From positions 238,268,001-238,332,000 of the forward strand of contig NC_086097.1 of NCBI RefSeq assembly GCF_963921235.1: 64,000 nt of DNA, read 5' to 3'. Within the stretch, counting starts at the first letter, position 1. Every line of letters starts with the position of its first letter. The notes below the pieces were generated by a model. That model was not told the DNA's origin, did not search any database, and saw only the letters and a list, made by a program, of their open reading frames with translations. Made by a program: the position numbers and the translations under genes. The stretch is from Mobula hypostoma. Taxonomy: Eukaryota. Below are positions 62,886 through 64,000 of this stretch, in pieces.

Positions 62886-63739
62886 TGTATTCCCATGCCT
62901 TGATATTGCCTCCAAAACTAAATCCACCTCTTCACATTCTTACAAATTATTTTATCTTCCTTTTTGCCATCATCTCAGGATAAACCAGACTAACTTTGAA
63001 CTTCTGATCCATTATATGCTCCACCACCTCACTTTCACATTAATAACACCACCCCACCTCGCTTCACCCATTTGTAAAATTTTCATTCTTTTCATTGCCA
63101 TTTCTATGCTTAAATGCTACAACATTCTCTCTGCTAGCCTCCATAAATATTGGCTCACAATTAGGATAAGATTTACATAGTGAGTGGTAGGGCACATGAT
63201 GGATATTTGCTTCCTGGGCCAGGAGTCGTCCTTGTTTCAGCAACTATCATTTGTAAAGATCAAACAATTGTAAGCTAAACATCCAACTAATATTCTAATT
63301 AAATTTAATTACTAGTCTAATTGATAAAGATTACTACCTCACAGCACCCATTGGAGCTGATGGAGAGGAGAAGTTTAAGACAATGGGTTTTTTAATTGGG
63401 CTTGTTTCAAAACAGGCAATACTGGCTAAGTTGCTTCATTACAGACAGTGGAACATGAGATTATGGTGTGCCACAGATATTTTTTGGAATGTGGGAAGCT
63501 TTTTAGGCAATTATTGGATGGATCTGAAGGGCCTAGTTTGCAGGATATTCTGCACCCGAGGCAGGGACAGTTAAGTCGTATAGGACCTTGGTGAACTTTT
63601 CAATTAAAACAGGTTTGGGAGGTAGGATCTGATCCTCATAATGGCTACCTTCATTCTCCATTACATTAGGTGGCAGTAATGCACCTTCCTGATAGATATG
63701 AGCCACCATTCGCACAAAAATAGACAACATTGTCTATCA

Positions 63740-64000
63740 GATTCAGAATCAGGTTTAGTATCACAGGCATATGTCATGACATCTGGTGTTATATAACATT
63801 AGTATATTGGAATACATAAGAAAACTAAATTACAGTAAATATGTATTTAAATAAGTCATGCAGAAAGAGGAAAACAAAGTAGTGACGTAATGTTCATGGG
63901 TTCAATGAACATTCAGAAATCTAATGGCAGAGGGAAAGAAGCTGTACCTGAATCATTGAGTATGTGCCTTCAGACTCCTGTACCTCTTTGCTGTTGGTAG
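63740..64000 (-). mobile_element. Rex1/Babar-like LINE 3' end running off the window
   Basis: GATTCAGAATCAGGTTT tail; CAGAAATCTAATGGCAGAGGGAAAGAAGCTG as at 11100 and 44955. Confidence 0.65.

Noticed and set aside
1..64000. Prokaryotic systems (CRISPR arrays, operons), rRNA or true tRNA genes
   Set aside because: No repeat-spacer arrays or gene-dense layout; tRNA-like boxes belong to SINE heads

Overview
Eukaryotic, repeat-dominated non-coding DNA (intergenic or deep intronic). The repeat complement (CR1 LINEs, HE1-like V-SINEs, a SacSINE1/AmnSINE1-like relic, Rex1/Babar, Penelope-like elements) points to a cartilaginous fish, probably a ray; this is inference. No host exon could be supported, and every recognisable ORF is transposon-derived. 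Main contents: (1) a young 3.2-kb CR1 at 6518-9675 whose ORF2 has only three TAG stops and whose ORF1/ORF2 junction carries an in-phase U_UUA_AAC -1 slippery heptamer; (2) about a dozen Penelope-like terminal-repeat copies with a minimal hammerhead ribozyme motif, one core-intact at 25536-25573 and one inside a 59-bp hairpin at 10144-10297; (3) a tandem triplication of a ~1.17-kb unit containing a Tc1 derivative; (4) a 902-bp solo LTR; (5) HERO, Vingi-like, RTE and L2 fragments, tiny MITEs and several multi-level nests. Family names come from motif recognition by eye, not database searches. Boundaries of decayed repeats are approximate (tens of bp).
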